Shown here piece after piece: positions 1 through 7,172 of a DNA stretch of 24,070 nucleotides. Source of the stretch: Candidatus Zixiibacteriota bacterium (GTDB lineage: Bacteria > Zixibacteria > MSB-5A5 > WJJR01); the NCBI GenBank assembly GCA_036170655.1, contig JAVHPP010000184.1, positions 1 to 24,070 of the forward strand, given 5' to 3'. Numbering within the stretch: the first letter of the stretch is position 1; each line of letters starts with the position of its first letter. The position numbers and the translations under genes were made by a program. The notes beneath the pieces were generated by a model. It did no database searches and had not been told where the DNA came from. It was given only the letters and a program-made list of their open reading frames with translations.

Positions 1-15
1 CGTGCACGCCGAAAC

Positions 16-39
16 GGGCACGGCAAGCCGTGCCCCTAC
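16..39 (-). repeat. REP family 1 (GTAG + GGGCACGGCTTGCCGTGCCC hairpin)
   Basis: + strand GGGCACGGCAAGCCGTGCCCCTAC; identical copies at 156-179 and 526-549, reverse complement at 832-855 and 11560-11583. Confidence 0.93.
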
Positions 40-117
40 AGATCATCGCACACGCAGAAAACGATATCATGCCTGACCAGGATGTGACATCCTTCTGTGT
101 GACCTTCTCGCCTGAGC

Positions 118-179
118 AGGCACGGTCTCTCGAGACGGGCACGGCCCCGCGAAACGGGCACGGCAAGCCGTGCCCCTAC
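118..179 (-). repeat. REP family 1 copy (156-179) preceded by two 19-bp half-REP tandem units
   Basis: Units AGGCACGGTCTCTCGAGAC (118-136) and GGGCACGGCCCCGCGAAAC (137-155), then the full REP. Confidence 0.9.
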
Positions 180-208
180 AGGCGATTTCGGTCTTAGGAT
201 AAGACAGT

Positions 209-835
209 ATGGCGGCTCTGCCCCAACGGAAGACGACGCGACTTGGCGAGTTTGATTACTCGACCCCCGGCGCCTATTTCGTTACGATCTGTGTTGAGGA
301 TCGCAGACCGACCTTGCAGAGTGATGCGACCAAGGGGATCATCGAGCGGTGTTGGACCGATATCCACTCGCATCGATCTCATGTCGAATGCGATGAGTTC
401 GTTGTAATGCCTGATCACGTTCACGGTATCCTGTTCATCCATGAAGATCCAGGCACGGACGCGGGCACGGCCCCGCAAAGGGAGGGCATGGCCTTGCAAG
501 GAGGGGGCACGGCCCCGCGAAGGGAGGGCACGGCAAGCCGTGCCCCTACACCTGTGCGGCGGTTCGGACCACTGAAACGCGGTTCATTGCCAGCGATCGT
601 GGGCGGGTTCAAGTCAGCATGCACCCGGATGGCCGGAAAGGCGGGGCTCGGTCCTTTGATTTGGCAGCGAGGATACTTTGAGCACGTGATCCGCAACGAG
701 AAGGAGCTGGGACTGATCCGCGCCTACATCCAGAACAATCCTGTGGCCCTCACACTCGCGTTCTTTCAAGAACTCGAAAGATCAAAGCCTCGGCCAGATT
801 TGGTCCAGTGCGGATCAACGGATGACCGGGTGTAG
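209..835 (+). CDS. REP-associated tyrosine transposase (RAYT/TnpA-REP, HUH Y1 family)
   Basis: RL..FDYSTPGAYFVTIC, HUH motif VVMPDHVHGIL, SL..IVGGFKS, IWQRGYFEHVIRN, catalytic-Tyr helix RAYIQNNP; flanked by inverted GTAG REPs. Confidence 0.93.
   Translation: MAALPQRKTTRLGEFDYSTPGAYFVTICVEDRRPTLQSDATKGIIERCWTDIHSHRSHVECDEFVVMPDHVHGILFIHEDPGTDAGTAPQREGMALQGGGTAPRREGTASRAPTPVRRFGPLKRGSLPAIVGGFKSACTRMAGKAGLGPLIWQRGYFEHVIRNEKELGLIRAYIQNNPVALTLAFFQELERSKPRPDLVQCGSTDDRV
463..549 (-). repeat. In-frame 21-bp tandem half-REP array ending in a full REP, inside the RAYT gene
   Basis: GGGCA(C/T)GGC units start at 463, 484, 505 and 526; 526-549 is a perfect family 1 REP; encodes GTAPQRE-GMALQGG-GTAPRRE-GTASRAP. 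Confidence 0.9.
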
Positions 836-876
836 GGGCACGGCTTGCCGTGCCCGCTCTTCGCGGGACCGTGCCC
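832..876 (+). repeat. REP family 1 copy (832-855) plus one half-REP unit; its GTAG supplies the RAYT stop codon
   Basis: GTAGGGGCACGGCTTGCCGTGCCC then GCTCTTCGCGGGACCGTGCCC; TAG 833-835. Confidence 0.92.
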
Positions 877-955
877 ACTTTCGTGCGCGACACATTGATT
901 ACCGGTCGCTGTCCGACCCGGGTACCCATCGTTCCGTCCGGTCCGCGTATCGAAA

Positions 956-997
956 GGGCGTGTTGAAGAATCGGGCAGACGGGAGTGTCTGTCCCGC
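956..997. repeat. Solo MITE-like end followed by a degenerate palindrome
   Basis: GGGCGTGTTGAAGAA (956-970) matches the TIR at 3299; followed by the hairpin GGGCAGAC-gggagt-GTCTGTCC (973-994); no partner TIR seen. Confidence 0.55.
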
Positions 998-1178
998 TCT
1001 CGGGTATGGAAGTTTGCGTCTATCTCACCAGCGGCGCGGGGCATTCTCGATCACGCGGACTGTATTGCGGGCGGATCAGGATTTCCTCCGTTCACAAACG
1101 AAGTGCAACACCTTACGGGTGCCCCGGTCCGCGAAAACGATTGTCCCGGCTCCCCTGATCGCGTAGACTTATGTGATT

Positions 1179-1415
1179 ATGGCCGATGCACCGCAGAAAT
1201 TCGAAGACGCCTTTGCTCGGCTGACCGAGATCGTCAGCCGGCTCGAGGCGGGCGAGACCGGACTCGAAGAGTCGCTGGCGCTCTACGCCGAAGGGATGAC
1301 GCTGGCCCAGTTTTGCGGCCAGAAGTTGACCGAAGCGGAAAAGAAGATCGAGCAACTCGCGTCGAACAACATTCCCGGCGGCACCAGCGCATCCACGGCG
1401 AACAACAATGGCTGA
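1179..1415 (+). CDS. xseB: Exodeoxyribonuclease VII small subunit
   Basis: KFEDAFARLTEIVSRLEAGETGLEESLALYAEG...L..AEKKIEQL; overlaps the ispA start; ATG 1179 preferred over GTG 1173. Confidence 0.95.
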   Translation: MADAPQKFEDAFARLTEIVSRLEAGETGLEESLALYAEGMTLAQFCGQKLTEAEKKIEQLASNNIPGGTSASTANNNG

Positions 1416-2307
1416 TACGACCCTCAACGCCGCTGAAGTCTCCCGGACGCTTCAGGCGTACTGGAAGCGGGAGCAGCGGCGGATCAACGAGGAACTGGAC
1501 CGCCTCCTGCCATTGGCCGGGGACCCATCCAACCGTCTGCATCGGGCGATGCGTTATGCAACGCTCGGAGGCGGCAAGCGGCTGCGTCCGATCATGGCCA
1601 TTGCCGTGCACGAGGCGCTGGGCGGCCAGAATGAGTTCATCTATCCGGTGGCGGCCAGTCTGGAGATGCTTCACACGTATTCTTTGATCCACGACGATCT
1701 GCCCTGCATGGATGACGATGACCAGCGCCGTGGTCAGCCGACGGTGCATGTGGCTTTTGACGAAGCGACAGCGGTCCTCGCCGGCGATGCGTTGCACGCC
1801 CTTGCTTTTGAGATCCTTGCCGGTGCCGCCCCGAAACCGCTGATCGCCGAAGTGGCGCGCGCCATCGGCACGACCGGGATGCTGGGGGGACAGATGGCCG
1901 ACCTCGAAGCGGAAGGGAAGACCCCCGACAGGGATCTGGTCGTCGCGATTCATGCGTGCAAGACGGGCGCGCTCTTTGTCGCCAGCGCCCGGGCCGGTGC
2001 GATCATGGCCAGCGCAGAGGAAGACGATCTGCACGCAATCGAGGCGTACGCCCGTCCGCTCGGTCTCGCGTTTCAAATCGTTGACGATCTGCTAGAGTTG
2101 ACCGCCACCCCGGGGCAGCTCGGCAAACCATCCGACTCCGACCAGAAGCATCAGAAAGTGACCTTCCCCGCCGCTGTCGGCATAGACGCGGCACGTCAAA
2201 CGGCGCAGTCACTGGTTCAGCAGGCGAAGACGGCGCTGGAGAGACTTCACGGCGATACGTCGATCTTGAACGCGATTGCTGACTTCGTCATCACCCGCGA
2301 CCGGTAG
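1408..2307 (+). CDS. ispA: Polyprenyl (farnesyl/geranylgeranyl) diphosphate synthase
   Basis: GGKRLRP, FARM LIHDDLPCMDDDDQRRG, KTGALF, SARM FQIVDDLL, GK..D..K.TFP. Confidence 0.95.
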   Translation: MADTTLNAAEVSRTLQAYWKREQRRINEELDRLLPLAGDPSNRLHRAMRYATLGGGKRLRPIMAIAVHEALGGQNEFIYPVAASLEMLHTYSLIHDDLPCMDDDDQRRGQPTVHVAFDEATAVLAGDALHALAFEILAGAAPKPLIAEVARAIGTTGMLGGQMADLEAEGKTPDRDLVVAIHACKTGALFVASARAGAIMASAEEDDLHAIEAYARPLGLAFQIVDDLLELTATPGQLGKPSDSDQKHQKVTFPAAVGIDAARQTAQSLVQQAKTALERLHGDTSILNAIADFVITRDR

Positions 2308-2322
2308 AAGTGTAATGGGAGA

Positions 2323-3240
2323 ATGGGTGCGCCCACCCCTGTGATCATGCGACTCGGTATCATTGTCAATGCCCGCCGCCCGGATGCCACGCCCACGGTG
2401 GCGGCAATCGAAAGCTGGGCAGCGCGCCACAACTGGCCGGTGACGGCGCGTGGCCGCATCGACATGGTGGAAGAGCCGGACTTCCGCGTTTTTTCCCGCG
2501 ACCTCTTTGACGGCCAAATCGACTTGTTGCTGGCCCTCGGCGGCGATGGGACCATGCTTACGGCTGTCCGTACAGTAGCCGATCTTGGGATCCCGGTCCT
2601 CGGCATCAATCTCGGATCGCTCGGCTTTCTGACTGTCGTTACCCCCGGCGACTGCCACAAGGCGCTCGACCGGATCAGCCGGGGAGACTACAAGATCGAA
2701 GAGCGACTCATGCTCGAAGTCTCGGAACCGGGCGTGACGGGCGCCCGCGAATTGTGGTCCGCCCTGAATGATGTCGTCATCATCAAGGGGGGAATGTCGC
2801 GCATGGTCAAGCTGACAGTCACCCACAACGGTGAGTATGTCAGTTCATTCTCGGGTGACGGGATGATTGTCGCCACCCCGACCGGATCGACGGCTTATTC
2901 GCTGTCGGTCGGCGGTCCGATTCTCATGCCGTCGATGCAGGGATTCATTCTCACGCCAATCTCGCCCCACACGCTCGCCCAGCGGCCCATGGTCTTTGAG
3001 GCCTCGGCACGGCTGGAAATCACAGTCAACACCGTAGTCGAGAATGCCGTGCTCACGGTCGATGGCCAGTTGGCCCGCCACTTGAATCAGGGATCGACGG
3101 TCCTGATCACCCAAGCCCGCCATCCGGCGCGCCTCATCAACTTTCCCGACCGGCCCTTTTTCCGCCTCTTGCGCGACAAACTGCACTGGGGAATCAGCCC
3201 CGCCCTCGACCAGCAAGACACCTTTGGGCAGGACGCGTAG
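2323..3240 (+). CDS. nadK: NAD(+) kinase
   Basis: LGGDGTML, GINLGSLGFL, ALNDVVI, GDGMIVATPTGSTAYSLSVGGP; start could be 2347. Confidence 0.96.
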   Translation: MGAPTPVIMRLGIIVNARRPDATPTVAAIESWAARHNWPVTARGRIDMVEEPDFRVFSRDLFDGQIDLLLALGGDGTMLTAVRTVADLGIPVLGINLGSLGFLTVVTPGDCHKALDRISRGDYKIEERLMLEVSEPGVTGARELWSALNDVVIIKGGMSRMVKLTVTHNGEYVSSFSGDGMIVATPTGSTAYSLSVGGPILMPSMQGFILTPISPHTLAQRPMVFEASARLEITVNTVVENAVLTVDGQLARHLNQGSTVLITQARHPARLINFPDRPFFRLLRDKLHWGISPALDQQDTFGQDA

Positions 3241-3298
3241 CGGTCCGCCCGCCGCAGCAGATTGAGCGCCTATCCTCTGGCTGGGTGACCTTGCCCAA

Positions 3299-3482
3299 GG
3301 GCGTGTTGAAAAACCCCTGCTCGACTCTACAACTCGAGAAACGTAATTGCTTTTGTTGGGAGGGCGAGGCTCCTGCCGAGCCTTTTCGGTGGGAGGCAGA
3401 AAAAGAGGCTCGGCGGGAGCCTCACCCTCCCGCTGGGAAAACCTGCTGGCACTTGGCGGATTGGGGGTTTTTCAACACGCCC
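3299..3482. mobile_element. 184-bp non-autonomous MITE with perfect 19-bp TIRs and a target-site duplication
   Basis: GGGCGTGTTGAAAAACCCC (3299-3317) / GGGGTTTTTCAACACGCCC (3464-3482); CCAA on both sides (3295-3298, 3483-3486), or CCCAAG if ends are trimmed by 1 nt. Confidence 0.85.
3358..3431. repeat. Inverted doublet of REP-like family 4 (GGAG-type) inside the MITE
   Basis: GGGAGGGCGAGGCTCCTGCCGAGCC (3358-3382) and GGCTCGGCGGGAGCCTCACCCTCCC (3407-3431; 2 mismatches to the reverse complement); an identical left unit lies at 24016-24040. Confidence 0.85.
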
Positions 3483-3631
3483 CCAAGGCGGGCTGATCTT
3501 CTATTCCCTGCTTGGTCACATGGGTCTTCCCCGAGACCAGCGGCACAATTGTGAATGATCGTGCACAGCGCCTCGCGATACCCCTTAGACGATCAACATG
3601 ATGAATCCGTAAGATGTTGTGCGCTTTTGTG

Positions 3632-3659
3632 TTGACAGGCCCAATTAAATTGTTACATT
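3632..3659 (+). promoter_or_regulatory. Putative sigma70 promoter
   Basis: TTGACA (3632-3637), 16-nt AT-rich spacer, extended -10 TGnTACATT (TG 3651-3652, TACATT 3654-3659). Confidence 0.65.
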
Positions 3660-3668
3660 ACCACAAGA

Positions 3669-3685
3669 TTGGTACGGCTGTTGCG
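3669..3685 (+). promoter_or_regulatory. Putative sigma54 (-24/-12) site
   Basis: TTGGTACGGCTGTTGCG: GG 3671-3672, N10, GC 3683-3684; one mismatch to the TTGGCACG-N4-TTGC consensus. Confidence 0.55.
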
Positions 3686-4052
3686 CAACATGCCACCGTA
3701 CGCCTTTGACGTTGATACAGGTACTCAAGATTGTGAGATACCGATGCAGACCCATCACCCATGCCGTGCCAAACGAGACGCAAACTCACCCTCGCGGGTC
3801 AGCTCATCTGCATGGGCATGGTCGGGTCTGGACGCGGACGGGGCTCATCGGACATCGGCGGCGAATCCCGACCCATTTCGGTCTTCTTGTGTCACCGCAA
3901 TGGAACTTTTGCATCGGCAGATTTGTTCAGATTCTGTGGATATGGCCCATTCATGTTGGCGTCGGAGCTTTCTTGGGAGTGGCAAGCGAAATATGCCGCA
4001 CGCCCATCGGGGCACACAGCAAAACGATTGGGCATTATGTCACGTAACATAT

Positions 4053-4140
4053 GCAGGGCCGGGGGAGATGACCTGCGCTCGCTTCTGACCCTCCCGAGCG
4101 TAGCCGTTCCCAACGACATCCCACCCCGGCCTGCTTTTTT
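4053..4140 (+). terminator. Long GC-rich hairpin followed by T6 (terminator-like or sRNA 3' domain)
   Basis: GCAG-G-GCCGGGG (4053-4064) pairs with CCCCGGC-CTGC (4124-4134); inner GATG/CATC and TGCGCTCG/CGAGCGTA helices; TTTTTT 4135-4140. Confidence 0.6.
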
Positions 4141-4270
4141 CCCCCGAAGACAGAATGACCGATGTGTCGGCGGACGGCTTGCCTGCCGCCGTCTACCGCT
4201 TCGACCGCGACACCGTCTTTGCCGGCCATGGCAGCATTCCATAGCAAGCCGCCGAAAGCACCGGCGCACG

Positions 4271-4305
4271 AAAGAAACCGGCAGGGAAGCGTTTCGCCCT
4301 GCCGG
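4271..4305 (-). terminator. Intrinsic terminator of the minus-strand barrel gene
   Basis: CCGGCAGGG (4278-4286)/CCCTGCCGG (4297-4305) stem; the minus strand continues TTTCTTT; 33 nt past the stop at 4339. Confidence 0.75.
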
Positions 4306-4338
4306 GTATTGTGACGTGACCTGTACTGAGGTTCTCTG

Positions 4339-5436
4339 TCAGTCGATGAATATGGCTGTGCGGATATTGATGATGTAATTCGATGACAACTGTGATTCGT
4401 TGAACTTGCGATAAACCGGGATTTCCGCGGACGCCTGCAGGGTGACGGTCCGCGCTCCCACGTAAATCAGCGACGGTGTGTAAAACAGTACCGTGCCGCC
4501 CCGGTTGGCTACTGGGGCGCCGTTTTGCCGATCGCGTCCCATCCAGTTCCCGTTCAACTGATTGACCCATTCCAGACTGTGGTTGAGGCGATAGGACAGG
4601 TAGGTTGCTCCGACGATCTCGTTGCCCCACTGGTAGTGATTGATATTCTCCTGGGACGACATCCGGTAGATCCCCGACAGCCCCCAGCCCAGACGGAAGT
4701 ATCGCTGGTGGTACAAGAGGCCGATCAGAGGATCCATCGTTCCGGTGCCGAGTTGGAGGTTATCGGTCAGGCGCGTCTTGTTCGCATCGGTTACATCAGT
4801 GCGGCCGGTTGGCAGACGCACTCCGAGCGCCAGCGCAAACACCGGTCCCTGGCGCCGCCCGGCGTATTCCGATGGTCCCGTGTGAATGTAGTCGTCGTAC
4901 CCGTCGTCGCCGCTGGGGTAGTACTCGTCGCCGAAGCGGACCAGATCGCCGAACTTAATGCGCAGATACGACATCAGTATGATATCGCCGATGCCCTGTG
5001 CGCCGCGCCGGTCGGTGAACAGAAGGCCCGGTGTCCCCGAGGCCAGACCGGAGTCCGCCTGGCGTGTGTTGAACACATACTTGTAGGGGATGATGGCATT
5101 GAGCGTGACGTTCTCCGAAAGACCATAGGACATGTCGAGAGCCAGTGTGCTGTTGAGCGTGAACGCGTCGTCGTTGTTGGCCGCCGGTTTTTTCCCGGAG
5201 CGCGCCTCGTCGAGCATTTCATACTCGTAGGACAGCGCCCCAACCCACCGCCCGCTGGGGATCGTCAGAGACGCTTCCTTGGCGAGATTCTCGGAGGGAA
5301 GGGTCATACGTCGCGGTCCGATCTCGGCGGCTTGAATCGAGGCAACCGAAACGGGGGCCAAAATCGCCGCAAACATCACCCAGCGACAAGCAAAGATCAT
5401 AGAGCGCTTCGGCGGCGTGCCAGTGCGCTTGTTCAT
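4339..5436 (-). CDS. Outer-membrane beta-barrel, COG4313/Phenol_MetA_deg (SphA)-like transporter
   Basis: Signal peptide, SYGLSENVTLNAIIPY, GIGDI, LGVRLPTG, QLGTGTMD, amphipathic strands; SD AGGAGAG before ATG 5436. Confidence 0.75.
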   Translation of the reverse strand: MNKRTGTPPKRSMIFACRWVMFAAILAPVSVASIQAAEIGPRRMTLPSENLAKEASLTIPSGRWVGALSYEYEMLDEARSGKKPAANNDDAFTLNSTLALDMSYGLSENVTLNAIIPYKYVFNTRQADSGLASGTPGLLFTDRRGAQGIGDIILMSYLRIKFGDLVRFGDEYYPSGDDGYDDYIHTGPSEYAGRRQGPVFALALGVRLPTGRTDVTDANKTRLTDNLQLGTGTMDPLIGLLYHQRYFRLGWGLSGIYRMSSQENINHYQWGNEIVGATYLSYRLNHSLEWVNQLNGNWMGRDRQNGAPVANRGGTVLFYTPSLIYVGARTVTLQASAEIPVYRKFNESQLSSNYIINIRTAIFID

Positions 5437-5749
5437 CGTGCTCTCCTGTCTTGCATGGAACTCCATGTCCGCTCCTATGGATTGGCGGCGGAGCAACGCT
5501 CTTGTCAGAGGGCATCGCCCATCCAAGGGTGTTATCGGCAGGACGCTTCTTCCCTTGACTGCTGATGGGACATGGCGTTATGTGAAAGCGGGCTGTTGCC
5601 TCGTGGACGCGGATTGGGCGGGGAAATTCGCCGGGCGAACGGCTGATTCTTGGTCCCGAACGCGTGCCATTGGGACGCAAAGGCCCGGTGGCGGGAAGAC
5701 TCAACGGAAGTGCCAACCAATGGTCCGTGATGGGACGATGGGAGAGGTC

Positions 5750-6454
5750 ATGATGACGTGGCGAATGGTTACAGTAGTGGCAAGCGCCCTAACCGTGATG
5801 ACAGCGACTCTCGTGCTGGCGGGGGACGCGCAGCCGACCGGTATCGTGACCGGTAATCTATTTGTCGATCAACTGTATGGCTATCGCTTCGAGAAAGGCG
5901 ACAACTGGAAGTTCGGCAAGATCGAAAAGGAGAAGCCGGCGGATCTCAAGCGCCTGCGATTCTCCGCCACTCAGATGAACTACACGATTCCCGATAATCG
6001 CCGGTCAAATCAGGAGAACTACACACCGCCCCAAATCGGGTTGTGGGTGGACACCACCAGTTTGTCCGTCGAGGAGTTCGCTGCCGGACTCAAGTCGCCC
6101 AAGTCCAAGCTGAAAGCGTACAAAGATCTCAGCGAGAACTTCCGCCTGCTCACACGGGGAGACTTTGAAAAGGAATTGAGAATCCAACTTGATGGGATCA
6201 ATGGCTACCTCCTCCGCTTCACTTACAAATATCAGGTGCAGATCTATAACCGCGCCAACGACCCGACGGATCTCGTCGACGAGTCCCGTCTGGGCGACCT
6301 GTACCTGGTGAAGGATGGCCATCAGATCGTGGTATTCTTCTACACCTGCGAGCGCCCGTCGTACCTTCTGGTCAAAGAAGAAGTCGAGACCGCCTTGCTG
6401 AAACTGAAGCTGAAACCGGAGACGACAGGCGACAGCACGTCCACCACGAAATGA
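5750..6454 (+). CDS. Secreted hypothetical protein (possibly PsbP/DcrB-like fold)
   Basis: SD-like GGAGAGG then ATGATG; Sec signal ending VLA-G; F.D..YGYRF...NW start typical of PsbP-like proteins (fold is inference). Confidence 0.75.
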   Translation: MMTWRMVTVVASALTVMTATLVLAGDAQPTGIVTGNLFVDQLYGYRFEKGDNWKFGKIEKEKPADLKRLRFSATQMNYTIPDNRRSNQENYTPPQIGLWVDTTSLSVEEFAAGLKSPKSKLKAYKDLSENFRLLTRGDFEKELRIQLDGINGYLLRFTYKYQVQIYNRANDPTDLVDESRLGDLYLVKDGHQIVVFFYTCERPSYLLVKEEVETALLKLKLKPETTGDSTSTTK

Positions 6455-6488
6455 TGGCCGGTCAGATCGACAGGACGGGCCGCAGCGA

Positions 6489-7172
6489 ATGATCCATGCC
6501 GCAGCGCCTCTGATGTCGGCCACAGGAATTGCCGGTCAGATTGGGACCGATGAGTCTGGCAAGGGCGACTATTTCGGGCCGCTGGTCATCGCGGCCGTCT
6601 GGGCTGACCCAGCGACGGCTGACATTTTTCGTGACTGGGGTGTCACCGATTCGAAGAAACTCTCGGATGGGCGCGCTCACATTCTGGCCCGTCAGATTGC
6701 CGGCACCAGGCTTCCCTGTGCGGTGATTACCATCGGGCCGGAACGTTACAACGCACTCCACGCGCAGATGAAGAACTTGAATCGTCTGCTGGCCTGGGGG
6801 CATGCCCGCGCCATTGAGAACATACTGGAAAAAGCGCCAGCCGACCTTATTGTTACCGACCAGTTTGGCGATCCCAGTCTGGTTGAGAATGCCCTTCTCG
6901 AAAAGGGACGCCAGGTCACGCTGAAGCAGATGCATCAGGGTGAACGCGATATCGTTGTTGCAGCGGCTTCGATCATGGCGCGATCGGAATTTCTGCGCCG
7001 TCTCGAACAACTCTCGCAAACAGCAGGCATGCCGCTCCCCAAGGGTGCAGGCCCGCTGGTCGATCAGGCCGCCGCGCGTCTTCTGGCCCGTGGTGGCATG
7101 GATCTGCTCAGCAAAGTCGCCAAACGGCACTTCAAGAACACACAGAAGGCGCAAGCCATTCGGCTGGACTGA
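6489..7172 (+). CDS. rnhC: Ribonuclease HIII (catalytic domain only)
   Basis: IGTDESGKGDYFGPLV, GVTDSKKLSD, NLNRLLAWGHARAIENIL, DQF, GERDIVVAAASIMAR, LPKGA, KVAKRHFKNT. Confidence 0.9.
   Translation: MIHAAAPLMSATGIAGQIGTDESGKGDYFGPLVIAAVWADPATADIFRDWGVTDSKKLSDGRAHILARQIAGTRLPCAVITIGPERYNALHAQMKNLNRLLAWGHARAIENILEKAPADLIVTDQFGDPSLVENALLEKGRQVTLKQMHQGERDIVVAAASIMARSEFLRRLEQLSQTAGMPLPKGAGPLVDQAAARLLARGGMDLLSKVAKRHFKNTQKAQAIRLD

Larger units (their letters stand above)
3666..4140 (+). ncRNA. Candidate structured non-coding RNA of unknown family
   Basis: Bounded by promoter motifs and a hairpin+T6; several complementary segments; none of the overlapping ORFs resembles a recognisable protein. Confidence 0.35.

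Noticed and set aside
16..876. CRISPR array suggested by the recurring 24-nt palindromic repeat
   Set aside because: Spacing is irregular, both orientations occur, copies are dispersed across the window, there are no cas genes, and a GTAG-hairpin beside an HUH transposase fits REP.
822..1166. 114-aa ORF after RAYT
   Set aside because: Made of REP and TIR translations (RGTACRAR, KGVLKN) with no protein character.
3285..3554. 89-aa ORF (KGVLKNP...WEGEAPAEP...GFFNTP)
   Set aside because: It is simply the translation of the MITE TIRs and REP doublet.
4053..4134. SRP (4.5S) RNA or tRNA
   Set aside because: No CAGG...GGAA...AGCAG SRP domain IV on either strand and no cloverleaf/TTCGA loop.
3669..4378. 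ORFs 3669-4088, 3706-4047 and 3761-4378 as proteins
   Set aside because: No clear SD, unusual composition and no motifs; the longest runs through two terminator-like hairpins and into the convergent gene.
4525..5565. 346-aa + strand ORF and other long antisense ORFs (e.g. 1234-2076, 8504-9310, 14302-15505)
   Set aside because: Shadow ORFs opposite well-supported genes in GC-rich DNA.
5650..5720. c-di-GMP-I riboswitch (contains GGGACGCAAAG)
   Set aside because: The upstream GGCAAAC...GAAA-tetraloop P2 stem and a convincing P1 are missing.
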